A DNA stretch of 64,000 bases, from positions 3,328,689 through 3,392,688 of the forward strand of contig CBDEUD010000003.1 of NCBI GenBank assembly GCA_965243115.1. Reading direction: 5' to 3'. The stretch is from Gammaproteobacteria bacterium (GTDB lineage: Bacteria; Pseudomonadota; Gammaproteobacteria; Eutrophobiales; Eutrophobiaceae). Made by a program: the position numbers and the translations under genes. Of this stretch, positions 40,008 through 47,585 are shown one piece after another (within the stretch, counting starts at the first letter, position 1; every line of letters starts with the position of its first letter). The notes under the pieces are model-generated. The model did not search any database, was not told the DNA's origin, and saw only the letters and a list, made by a program, of their open reading frames with translations.

Positions 40008-40454
40008 ATGTCTTCAAACATCCTGAACGATACGATGTTGAAATTCGGGGCGCCTGATACCACCATCCATACTTACTCCACCTGGTTGGTATTATTGCGC
40101 CCCGCCCAGGTCACGCTGGGTTCCCTGGTGCTGGCCGCGCGCGCGCCGGCAACCGCATTTTCGCAACTGGGCCCGGCCTGTTTCAGCGAACTGGCCCAGG
40201 TTACCCGTGATGTCGACACGGTATTATCGCATCTTTTTCATTATGATAAACTGAACTACCTGATGTTGATGATGGTCGATCCGCACGTCCATTTTCACGT
40301 GATACCCCGCTATTCGGAAATTCGCCGTTATGCGGGGGTGGAATTTTCGGATTCTGCCTGGCCGGGGCCGCCGGATCTGGGGCATAGCAACCCTGTCGAC
40401 AAGAAAGCCTTTAATCAATTACGGGATGAACTGAGGGCGTCGTGGCCGGCATAG
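40008..40454 (+). CDS. HIT (histidine triad) family protein
   Basis: VDPHVHFHVIPRY contains the HxHxHxx triad. Confidence 0.7.
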   Translation: MSSNILNDTMLKFGAPDTTIHTYSTWLVLLRPAQVTLGSLVLAARAPATAFSQLGPACFSELAQVTRDVDTVLSHLFHYDKLNYLMLMMVDPHVHFHVIPRYSEIRRYAGVEFSDSAWPGPPDLGHSNPVDKKAFNQLRDELRASWPA

Positions 40455-40678
40455 GCGGCTTGCATAAAAAAATGTTGGAAGTTTTCCTCATGTTATGTAA
40501 TAGTTGTCGCCTTAGACGCTCTAAATATATACAATGGCCGCATTTTATGTTTATAATTCGTTTGTGGAAATAACATGTTAGGTGTCCTATGCTTACTGGA
40601 GGGCACTGTTTTAGGCCAAAAAAATAAATCTGCCTTTGTCAACTGGCGTACAAAGAACCAGACGGGGGTTTATTCATC

Positions 40679-42430
40679 GTGAATCGAGAAGCGACGACCA
40701 CTGATAATACAGTAGCCCAAAATTTAGCCGAATTCTCCAGTCTGTCTGAAGCGTTGGATTATGCGGCTGCGGGTAGTACCGGGTGCAATTTTTACGACGC
40801 GAAAGGTAAGCTCAGCGTCGTTTTGCCTTATGGCGAATTGCAGCGACAGGCCAGGGTTGCCGCCGGGCGCCTGCTCAGCCTGGATTTGAAACGCGGTGAT
40901 CACATTGCCCTGGTGGCCGATACCCACCCTGACTTCATTATCCTGTTCTTTGCCTGCCAGTACATCGGGCTTGTGCCGTTCGCCATGCCGATACCGCTTA
41001 ATCTCGGCAGCCACGCGATTTACGTCCAGCAACTCAAGGGCCTGCTGACCAGCGGCAAGGCAAAAGTAGCCATCGCGCATAAGGAATTCATCAGCTTTCT
41101 CGAGGAAGCCGCGGCCGACAACGACGACCTCGAATGGCTCGGCACACCGGAACAACTGTCCGATATTGCCCCTTCGGAACGCCCGCTCGAGCCGAGCAGG
41201 CCCGAAGAGCCGGCATACCTGCAGTTTACCTCGGGCAGCACCCGCGCACCGCAGGGCGTAGTCATTACCGGCAAGGCGGTAATGAGCAACCTGCAAGGGA
41301 TCACGAGGACCGGACTGAAAGTACACGAGGGCGACCGCTGCGCATCCTGGCTGCCGTTCTACCACGATATGGGCCTGGTCGGGTTCGTGCTGGGTCCGGT
41401 TGCCTCCCAGTTGTCGGTCGACTACCTGCGCACGCGGGATTTTGCCATACGTCCGCTGCAGTGGCTGCGCCTGATCAGCAGGAACCGCTGCACCATTGCG
41501 TTCTCGCCACCGTTCGGTTACGAACTCTGCGCCCGCAGGATCCGCAGCGCGGACCTGCAACAGCTTGACCTGAGCTGCTGGCGTATCGCCGGCATCGGCG
41601 CGGAGATGCTGCGCTCCAGCACATTCGAAGCGTTTGCCGCAACCATGGCCGAAACCGGTTTCAGCTCCAACGCATTCCTGCCCTGCTACGGCCTGGCGGA
41701 AGCATCGCTTGCCGCGACCTTTTCGGAACTGGACCGCGGCCTGGACGTCATGGCGGTCGACGCCCTGACCATGGCCGAACGCGGTATCGCGGTGCGCGTC
41801 CGGTCGGACAGCCGCAAGGTAAACGAAATCGTCAATTGCGGACGCGCCCTGCCCGATCACGAGATCAGGATCGTCGATAACGAAGGGGAGATCCTGCCCG
41901 ACCTGCGCCTCGGCCGGGTACTGGTAAAAGGCCCCAGCCTGATGCACGGCTACCTCAACGACCAGGAGTCGACAGACCGGGTGATGCTGGAAAACGGCTG
42001 GCTCGACACCGGCGACCTGGGCTACCTGTTCGCGCAGAACCTCTACCTGACCGGACGGCGCAAGGACATCATCATCGTCAACGGCAGGAACATCCGCGCC
42101 CAGGACCTCGAAGAGATCGCCGAAGGCATGGACGGCATCAGGATGGGCGAATCTTCCGCATTCGATATCGAAACCGACGAAGGCGGGCAAATCGTCGTAC
42201 TGGTGGTCGAATGCCGTCTCACGGAGAGCACGGCCAGGCAATCGCTGGTCAAGCACCTGCAGCGCAAAGTCTACGAAGGCTTCGGGATTTACTGCTACGT
42301 AGACCTGGTCGAGCCGCACACCCTGCCGCGCACCTCGTCCGGCAAGCTGTCCCGCGTCGCCGCGCGCAAGGGCTTCACGGACCGGGTAGACCTGGCCCAC
42401 GCCATCACTTCACAAGCTGAAACCGCGTAA
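40679..42430 (+). CDS. Fatty acyl-AMP ligase / acyl-ACP synthetase (adenylate-forming superfamily)
   Basis: LQFTSGSTRAPQGV (AMP motif I), YGLAEA, GDLGY and SSGKLSR. GTG start after a 224-bp AT-rich gap. Confidence 0.85.
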   Translation: MNREATTTDNTVAQNLAEFSSLSEALDYAAAGSTGCNFYDAKGKLSVVLPYGELQRQARVAAGRLLSLDLKRGDHIALVADTHPDFIILFFACQYIGLVPFAMPIPLNLGSHAIYVQQLKGLLTSGKAKVAIAHKEFISFLEEAAADNDDLEWLGTPEQLSDIAPSERPLEPSRPEEPAYLQFTSGSTRAPQGVVITGKAVMSNLQGITRTGLKVHEGDRCASWLPFYHDMGLVGFVLGPVASQLSVDYLRTRDFAIRPLQWLRLISRNRCTIAFSPPFGYELCARRIRSADLQQLDLSCWRIAGIGAEMLRSSTFEAFAATMAETGFSSNAFLPCYGLAEASLAATFSELDRGLDVMAVDALTMAERGIAVRVRSDSRKVNEIVNCGRALPDHEIRIVDNEGEILPDLRLGRVLVKGPSLMHGYLNDQESTDRVMLENGWLDTGDLGYLFAQNLYLTGRRKDIIIVNGRNIRAQDLEEIAEGMDGIRMGESSAFDIETDEGGQIVVLVVECRLTESTARQSLVKHLQRKVYEGFGIYCYVDLVEPHTLPRTSSGKLSRVAARKGFTDRVDLAHAITSQAETA

Positions 42431-42468
42431 CATCAAGCCGGTTACCCGCCCGGGAAATCTGCACTGAA

Positions 42469-43377
42469 ATGACGGAGCAGGTGGCGCTCACCGGCGCCAC
42501 GGGATTTATCGGACAGAACCTCCTGGCCGCACTGGAAAAATCAGGTTACCGCACCCGCGCACTGACCCGCAGGCCGCGTCCCGGTTCCGGACCCGTATCC
42601 TGGATCCACGGCGACCTGGATAACCCGCAAGCCCTGGACAAACTCGTCGACGGATGCACAGCCGTGATCCACTGCGCCGGCACGGTCAGGGGAAACTCAC
42701 TAAATGACTTCCTGGAAATCAACCTGAAGGGAACCGAAAACCTGCTGGAAGCGGCCGCTAAACCGGCCTCCCCGCCCAGGTTCCTGTTACTCTCCTCACT
42801 CGCCGCCAGGTACCCCGACTATTCCTGGTATTCCCGCAGCAAATCCATGGCGGAAGCACTGCTGATGTCGGACAAATACACCGGAATGTCCCGCACCATA
42901 TACCGCCCCAGCGCGGTCTACGGCCCCGGCGACAGGGAAATGCGCCCCCTGTTCCGCCTCATGCGCCGCGGTTACCTGGTCGGACCCCGCATACCCGGCA
43001 ACAGGATCAGCCTCATCCACGTCGACGACCTGGTACGCGCCATCCTGCAATGGCTGCCGGCAAAACAGGCACAAGGCACCTTCGAACTGGACGACGGCGC
43101 CACACAAGGATACACATGGGAAGACATCACGGCCATCGCTTCCGACACCTGGCAGCGCCCCGTAACCCACATCCGGGTCCCGGTCACATTGCTGAGAGGC
43201 ATTGCCCACGTCAACCTGCTCCTGGCCCAGACGTTCCGTTACCGGGCGATGCTCACCCCCGGAAAAGTTAACGAAATCACCCACGAAAACTGGGTATGCG
43301 ATAATACGCCGTTGACGAACTGCCTGGGATGGAAACCGGAAATTAGTCTGTCTGATTCAATCAAGACAGTTATATAA
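42469..43377 (+). CDS. NAD(P)-dependent SDR (epimerase/dehydratase fold; CerR-like by context)
   Basis: LTGATGFIGQNL and YSRSK (YxxxK). Confidence 0.7.
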   Translation: MTEQVALTGATGFIGQNLLAALEKSGYRTRALTRRPRPGSGPVSWIHGDLDNPQALDKLVDGCTAVIHCAGTVRGNSLNDFLEINLKGTENLLEAAAKPASPPRFLLLSSLAARYPDYSWYSRSKSMAEALLMSDKYTGMSRTIYRPSAVYGPGDREMRPLFRLMRRGYLVGPRIPGNRISLIHVDDLVRAILQWLPAKQAQGTFELDDGATQGYTWEDITAIASDTWQRPVTHIRVPVTLLRGIAHVNLLLAQTFRYRAMLTPGKVNEITHENWVCDNTPLTNCLGWKPEISLSDSIKTVI

Positions 43378-43391
43378 TAGCGATAGTGCCA

Positions 43392-43498
43392 GACGGCTTC
43401 ATGTAAGCGATTCAGGACTATCATCCGCAGGGAAAGCGGATGGTAAGCGTACATGGACGTATTTACAGCGGGTCCTGAATCGCTTACATGAAGCCGTC
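43392..43498 (+). ncRNA. Candidate structured RNA E2, a short homologue of E1: a 27-bp outer stem around GGA hairpins
   Basis: GACGGCTTCATGTAAGCGATTCAGGAC (43392-43418) is the reverse complement of 43472-43498. Inner hairpin CAUCCGC-AGGGAAA-GCGGAUG. The 3' core CGTACATGGACGTATTTACAGCGGGTCCT is nearly identical to E1 read on the minus strand. Confidence 0.45.
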
Positions 43499-43526
43499 CC
43501 CCCGGAACCATATTGGAGATCGTTGT

Positions 43527-43781
43527 ATGCCCGCTAGCTATGAGGAAATTCTTGAAAAAGTCACCAGTGAGTTGTCAAAGCTTACTCCGTCCGGGGTAGA
43601 GCTAAGCGAAGATTCCGAACTGGTCACGGAACTAGGCCTGGATTCATTCAAAGTCCTGGACCTGCTCATGGACATCGAAGACGAGTTCGACATCTCCATG
43701 CCGGTCAACCTCCTTGCCGACGTGCACACCGTAAAAGACCTGGCTGACCGGATTCATTCCGTAGTCAATTCATCAACCTAG
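43527..43781 (+). CDS. Acyl carrier protein
   Basis: 84 aa with LGLDSFKVLDLLMDIEDEF (phosphopantetheine Ser in a DS motif). Start re-picked at MPASYEEIL. Confidence 0.85.
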   Translation: MPASYEEILEKVTSELSKLTPSGVELSEDSELVTELGLDSFKVLDLLMDIEDEFDISMPVNLLADVHTVKDLADRIHSVVNSST

Positions 43782-43790
43782 CCACCGGAA

Positions 43791-44972
43791 ATGAGCCTGT
43801 TCGACAAATTTCAACCCCTGGCGCAGGACCGCCACACACTGCTGGGCCAGGGAATCGACCCGTTCGGCGCGCCCATCGAAGAGATCTACTCACCGACGGA
43901 AGCCCTCATAAACGGGCGCCGGACGATCCTGGCCGGCACCAACAACTACCTGGGCCTCACCTTCGATGAACAATGCCTGGACGCCGCCCATGCCGCGCTC
44001 GACGAACAGGGCACCGGGACCACCGGATCCAGGATGGCCAACGGCAGCTTCGCCGGGCACCGCGCACTGGAACAGGAGATCGCCGCGTTTTACGAATGCG
44101 ACAAAGCCATCGTGTTCACCACCGGCTACCAGGCAAACCTGGCGGTGATCTCCGGCCTGGCGAACAATGAAGACACCATCGTCATAGACGCGGACAGCCA
44201 TGCCAGCATCTACGACGGCTGCCGCTTGAGCGGCGCGGATATCGTGCGCTTCCGCCACAATAACCCCGACGACCTGCACAAACGGCTGAAACGCCTGGGC
44301 GAGCGCGCCGCGAACGCACTGGTGATTATCGAAGGCATCTACAGCATGCTCGGCGACAAGGCGCGTATCAGGGAGATAATCGAGGTGAAAAACGCCCATC
44401 GCGCACTGTTGCTGGTGGATGAGGCCCACTCCCTGGGTGTCCTGGGGGAACGGGGCAGGGGCCTGGTCGAGGAGGCCGGGGTCATCAGCGAGGCGGATTT
44501 CATCGTCGGCACCTTCAGTAAAAGCCTGGCCAGTACCGGAGGGTATTGCGTCAGCAACCACCCGCAGCTTGATTTCATACGATACGCCAGCAGGCCCTAC
44601 ATCTTCACCGCATCGCCCTGCCCGTCCGTGATCGCTTCCACGCGCCAGGCGCTGAAGCGGGTGGAAAACGGCGCCGACCTGCGCGCCCGGCTGTGGCGCC
44701 ACGCACACCGCCTGTACCGGCACCTGCTCGATGCGGGCTACGAACTGGGGCCCGAACCCTGCCCGGTGATCGCGGCCCTGCTGGACACCCGGGAACAGGC
44801 CCTGGCGCTATGGCGCGGCCTGCATGAACACGGCATCTACGTGAACCTGATCTTCCCGCCGGCCACGCCCGGAGGCAAATCGCTGGTGCGCATCAGCGTC
44901 AGCGCCGCGCACACCGACGAACAAATCGATACGATTTGCCAGGCTTTCTCGGCATTGTCCACATCTATATAA
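43791..44972 (+). CDS. Alpha-oxoamine synthase, serine palmitoyltransferase-like
   Basis: GTTGSRMANGS, DEAHSLGVLG and GTFSKSLAS (PLP Lys). The Spt call over BioF/Kbl rests on the ACP/ligase/SDR context. Confidence 0.75.
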   Translation: MSLFDKFQPLAQDRHTLLGQGIDPFGAPIEEIYSPTEALINGRRTILAGTNNYLGLTFDEQCLDAAHAALDEQGTGTTGSRMANGSFAGHRALEQEIAAFYECDKAIVFTTGYQANLAVISGLANNEDTIVIDADSHASIYDGCRLSGADIVRFRHNNPDDLHKRLKRLGERAANALVIIEGIYSMLGDKARIREIIEVKNAHRALLLVDEAHSLGVLGERGRGLVEEAGVISEADFIVGTFSKSLASTGGYCVSNHPQLDFIRYASRPYIFTASPCPSVIASTRQALKRVENGADLRARLWRHAHRLYRHLLDAGYELGPEPCPVIAALLDTREQALALWRGLHEHGIYVNLIFPPATPGGKSLVRISVSAAHTDEQIDTICQAFSALSTSI

Positions 44973-45041
44973 TTTCGGGCAGGTTGGGATGGCATATATA
45001 CAGTGCCGGAAATTTCTGAACCCCTCTCAAAGACCAGATTA

Positions 45042-46343
45042 ATGGCGGACGACGGCCTGTTCCGCCGGGTTTTCATGAACTCCGCCATGCTCACCGCGGG
45101 CAAGATGTATACCGCCCTGGCCGGCCTGCTCTACCTTGCCCTTGCCACCCGCGCCCTGGGTGCGCATGATTTCGGCGTACTCATCCTCATCCATGCCTAC
45201 GCGGTCGCAGTACGGGATTTTGTCACGCTGAAAACCTCGCAGTGCGTGGTAAGGTACGGCGCCATCTGCCTGGACAACAATGCACGGGCTGATTTTCAGA
45301 AACTGGTCAAATTTACCACGCTGCTCGACCTCGGCTTCTGTGCCGCAGGCACGCTAGTGGGCATGCTGGTCGTCCCCGTAGTCGGGCCGCACTTCGGCGT
45401 CACACCGGAACTGGTTCCTGTCGCAACCATCTACTGCTTCATGATCCTGTTCAACTTCAAGGCAACCTCCCTGGGCCTGCTGCGCCTGTTCAACCGCTTC
45501 GACCTGGTGGCCCTCATGCTCATGGTGGTTCCGACGATCCGCGTGGCCGGCGCCTGTGCCGCGTATTTCTTCTACCAGCACATCAGCGCATTCCTCCTGT
45601 TCTGGTTTCTCGCCGGCGCGGTCCAGTGCCTGGCTACCGTTTACTTCGGCTGGCGCGAATTCAGGCGCCAGGGCTTCAGCAGGGATATGGACCTCGGGCT
45701 CGATAACCTGACCCGGCCGCACGAGGGGATCTGGCCTTTTATCTGGTCTTCACACGTTCACAGGACCCTGCATGTTTCGACCATACACGTCGCAACACTC
45801 GTCGTCGGCTTCCTGCTGGGGCCGGTAGGCGCCGGCCTGTTCAAGATTGCCCAGGAATTCTCGAGCGTATTGCTCAAGCCTGCGCAACTGTTCAACGAGA
45901 CGGTTTACCCGGAAATGGCAAAGATCGCGGTCAGCAGAAACTATACGCGCCTTTGGGGCGTCATCACCCGCACGGCGCTGGTGGCAGGCGCCATTGCCGC
46001 CGTTATCCTGTTGCTGATTTTCCTGTTCGGCCAGTCCCTGTTGGGCCTGTTCTTCGGCGCAGAGTACGGCAACGCCTACGAGGTAATGGTGCTGCTCATG
46101 ATCGCGGCTGCCGTCACCATGGCCACGTTCGCCCTGGACCCGGCGCTGTACTCCATAGGCCGCCCCGATATCTCCATGTATATCCGGATCTTCACCAGCA
46201 CCCTGCATATCGCGGCCATGTTCCTGCTGCTGCCGAACATCGGCCTGGCCGGCGCCGGCATCGCCGCCATTGCCGGCAGCGTGTCAACGGCCCTGCTGCT
46301 GCTGTTCTTTACCCACTCACTGGTAAGAAATAAATCCGCGTGA
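45042..46343 (+). CDS. Wzx/MOP-superfamily flippase-like membrane protein
   Basis: 12-14 hydrophobic segments. N-terminus FRRVFMNSAMLTAGKMYTALAGLLYLALATRALG is typical of polysaccharide/lipid flippases. Confidence 0.7.
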   Translation: MADDGLFRRVFMNSAMLTAGKMYTALAGLLYLALATRALGAHDFGVLILIHAYAVAVRDFVTLKTSQCVVRYGAICLDNNARADFQKLVKFTTLLDLGFCAAGTLVGMLVVPVVGPHFGVTPELVPVATIYCFMILFNFKATSLGLLRLFNRFDLVALMLMVVPTIRVAGACAAYFFYQHISAFLLFWFLAGAVQCLATVYFGWREFRRQGFSRDMDLGLDNLTRPHEGIWPFIWSSHVHRTLHVSTIHVATLVVGFLLGPVGAGLFKIAQEFSSVLLKPAQLFNETVYPEMAKIAVSRNYTRLWGVITRTALVAGAIAAVILLLIFLFGQSLLGLFFGAEYGNAYEVMVLLMIAAAVTMATFALDPALYSIGRPDISMYIRIFTSTLHIAAMFLLLPNIGLAGAGIAAIAGSVSTALLLLFFTHSLVRNKSA

Positions 46344-46357
46344 TTCATCCGCGCACC

Positions 46358-46381
46358 GGGGACGGACTTAAGTCCGTCCCC
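46358..46381. terminator. Perfect 24-nt palindrome between convergent genes (likely bidirectional terminator hairpin)
   Basis: GGGGACGGACTTAAGTCCGTCCCC lies 14 nt after the flippase stop and 1 nt before the xdhC-C stop. No clear U-tract. Confidence 0.5.
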
Positions 46382-46382
46382 T

Positions 46383-47072
46383 CTATGAATTTCTACGCAA
46401 GGTCGCGGTGATCTCGGCCATGATGGATACGGCGATCTCGGCCGGTGAGCGGGCGCCGATATCCAGTCCCACCGGCGCCTTGAGACGGGCAATCTCGGCC
46501 TCTTCGAACCCGGCCTGCTGCAGGCGTTCGATCCTGGCCGCCTGGGTCTTCCTGCTGCCCAGGGCGCCGATATAAAACGCCGGGGAACGCAGGGCCACCT
46601 GCAGGGCCGGATCATCCAGTTTCGGATCATGGGTCAGGGTAACCAGCGCGCTGCGCGCATCCAGCGCGATGTTCTCCAGGGCGAAATCAGGCCATTCCGT
46701 GTTCAGCGCCACCCCGGGGAAGCGGGCCTCGCTGGCGAACGCCTGCCTGGGGTCCACCACGACCACGTCATAACCACAGGCCAGCGCGTTGCCCGCGAGA
46801 TGCTGGCCGATATGGACGGCGCCGACAATGACCAGGCGCAAGGGCGCGTTGAACGGCTGGATAAAACAGTCCTGCCCGTACAGGTCGGCCCGCAGGCATC
46901 GATCGGTACTCAGGGCGTTCATGGCAAGCTCATGCAACTCCGCTTCCTGCTCATCCACGTGCAGGCCGGGTTCCAGCACGAAGCTGTCACCGGAATCCAG
47001 GTACCTGATCAACACGCAGGGCCTGTTCGCCGCGCGGTTGGCGTTGACCTGTTGCAGTAACCCCCTGCGCAC
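46383..47072 (-). CDS. XdhC/CoxI family accessory protein, Rossmann (C-terminal) half
   Basis: LVIVGAVHIGQHLA and KTQAARIERLQQAGF..IARLKAPVGLDIGA. Confidence 0.75.
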   Translation of the reverse strand: MRRGLLQQVNANRAANRPCVLIRYLDSGDSFVLEPGLHVDEQEAELHELAMNALSTDRCLRADLYGQDCFIQPFNAPLRLVIVGAVHIGQHLAGNALACGYDVVVVDPRQAFASEARFPGVALNTEWPDFALENIALDARSALVTLTHDPKLDDPALQVALRSPAFYIGALGSRKTQAARIERLQQAGFEEAEIARLKAPVGLDIGARSPAEIAVSIMAEITATLRRNS

Positions 47073-47076
47073 GCGC

Positions 47077-47400
47077 CTAGTCCCGGCTTACCGCCTCGAC
47101 GTAGACCTTGATGCGTCCTCCGCAGGCCAGGCCGACCTCCCAGGCCATCTCGTTGGTCACGCCGTATTCCAGCAGGCGCGGCCGGCCGGTCCGGATCACC
47201 TCCTGCGCCTCGCCGATGACGGCGGTTTCCACGCATCCCCCGGAAACCGAACCGATGAAGTTGGTGTGCGCATCCACCACCAACTGGCTGCCGCTGGGAA
47301 CCGGCGCCGAACCCCAGGTTTCAACCACGGTGGCAAGGGCGATATCCCGGCCCTCGTCGAGCCAGTGCTGTGCAGTATTGAGAATGTCCTGGTCCGCCAT
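47077..47400 (-). CDS. XdhC/CoxI family accessory protein, N-terminal half (separate ORF)
   Basis: ALATVVETWGSAPVPSGSQLVV...GSVSGGCVE. Confidence 0.75.
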   Translation of the reverse strand: MADQDILNTAQHWLDEGRDIALATVVETWGSAPVPSGSQLVVDAHTNFIGSVSGGCVETAVIGEAQEVIRTGRPRLLEYGVTNEMAWEVGLACGGRIKVYVEAVSRD

Positions 47401-47408
47401 GATTGTAT

Positions 47409-47579
47409 AGGGGCTGGGGGTTAGGGGCTAGGGGTTAGGGATTGAAATGATGAGACGAATGTTATAGCTTGTCAAGACTTCAGCACTTGCAAAACCTACA
47501 ATAGGACATTCAAACATCCAGGATGCATCCGGTACTAATCCCTGGCCCCTGGCCCCTGGCCCCTGACCCCTGACCCCTG
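47409..47579. repeat. Inverted blocks of G-tract heptads flanking the xdhC-metY divergent spacer
   Basis: Left block 47409-47443 is AGGGGCTGGGGGTTAGGGGCTAGGGGTTAGGGATT. Right block 47537-47579 is AATCCCTGGCCCCTGGCCCCTGGCCCCTGACCCCTGACCCCTGA. Confidence 0.9.
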
Positions 47580-47585
47580 ATTCTC

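Noticed and set aside
40724-42400. 558-aa ORF on the minus strand
   Set aside because: It is antisense to the acyl-AMP ligase gene, which carries all adenylation motifs. The sequence is low complexity.
43401-43489. GacA/UvrY-box half-sites (TGTAAG ... CTTACA) in the E2 arms
   Set aside because: The halves are about 75 nt apart instead of 6. They are simply part of the long inverted repeat, and E1 lacks them.
43239-43511. 90-aa minus-strand ORF
   Set aside because: It overlaps the SDR gene 3' end and the E2 palindrome, and has no coding features.
47409-47443. Telomere-like TTAGGGG repeats as evidence of a linear replicon end
   Set aside because: Only about five heptads are present, embedded between ordinary chromosomal genes, with an inverted partner 100 nt away. 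They are treated instead as a G-tract regulatory or repeat element.
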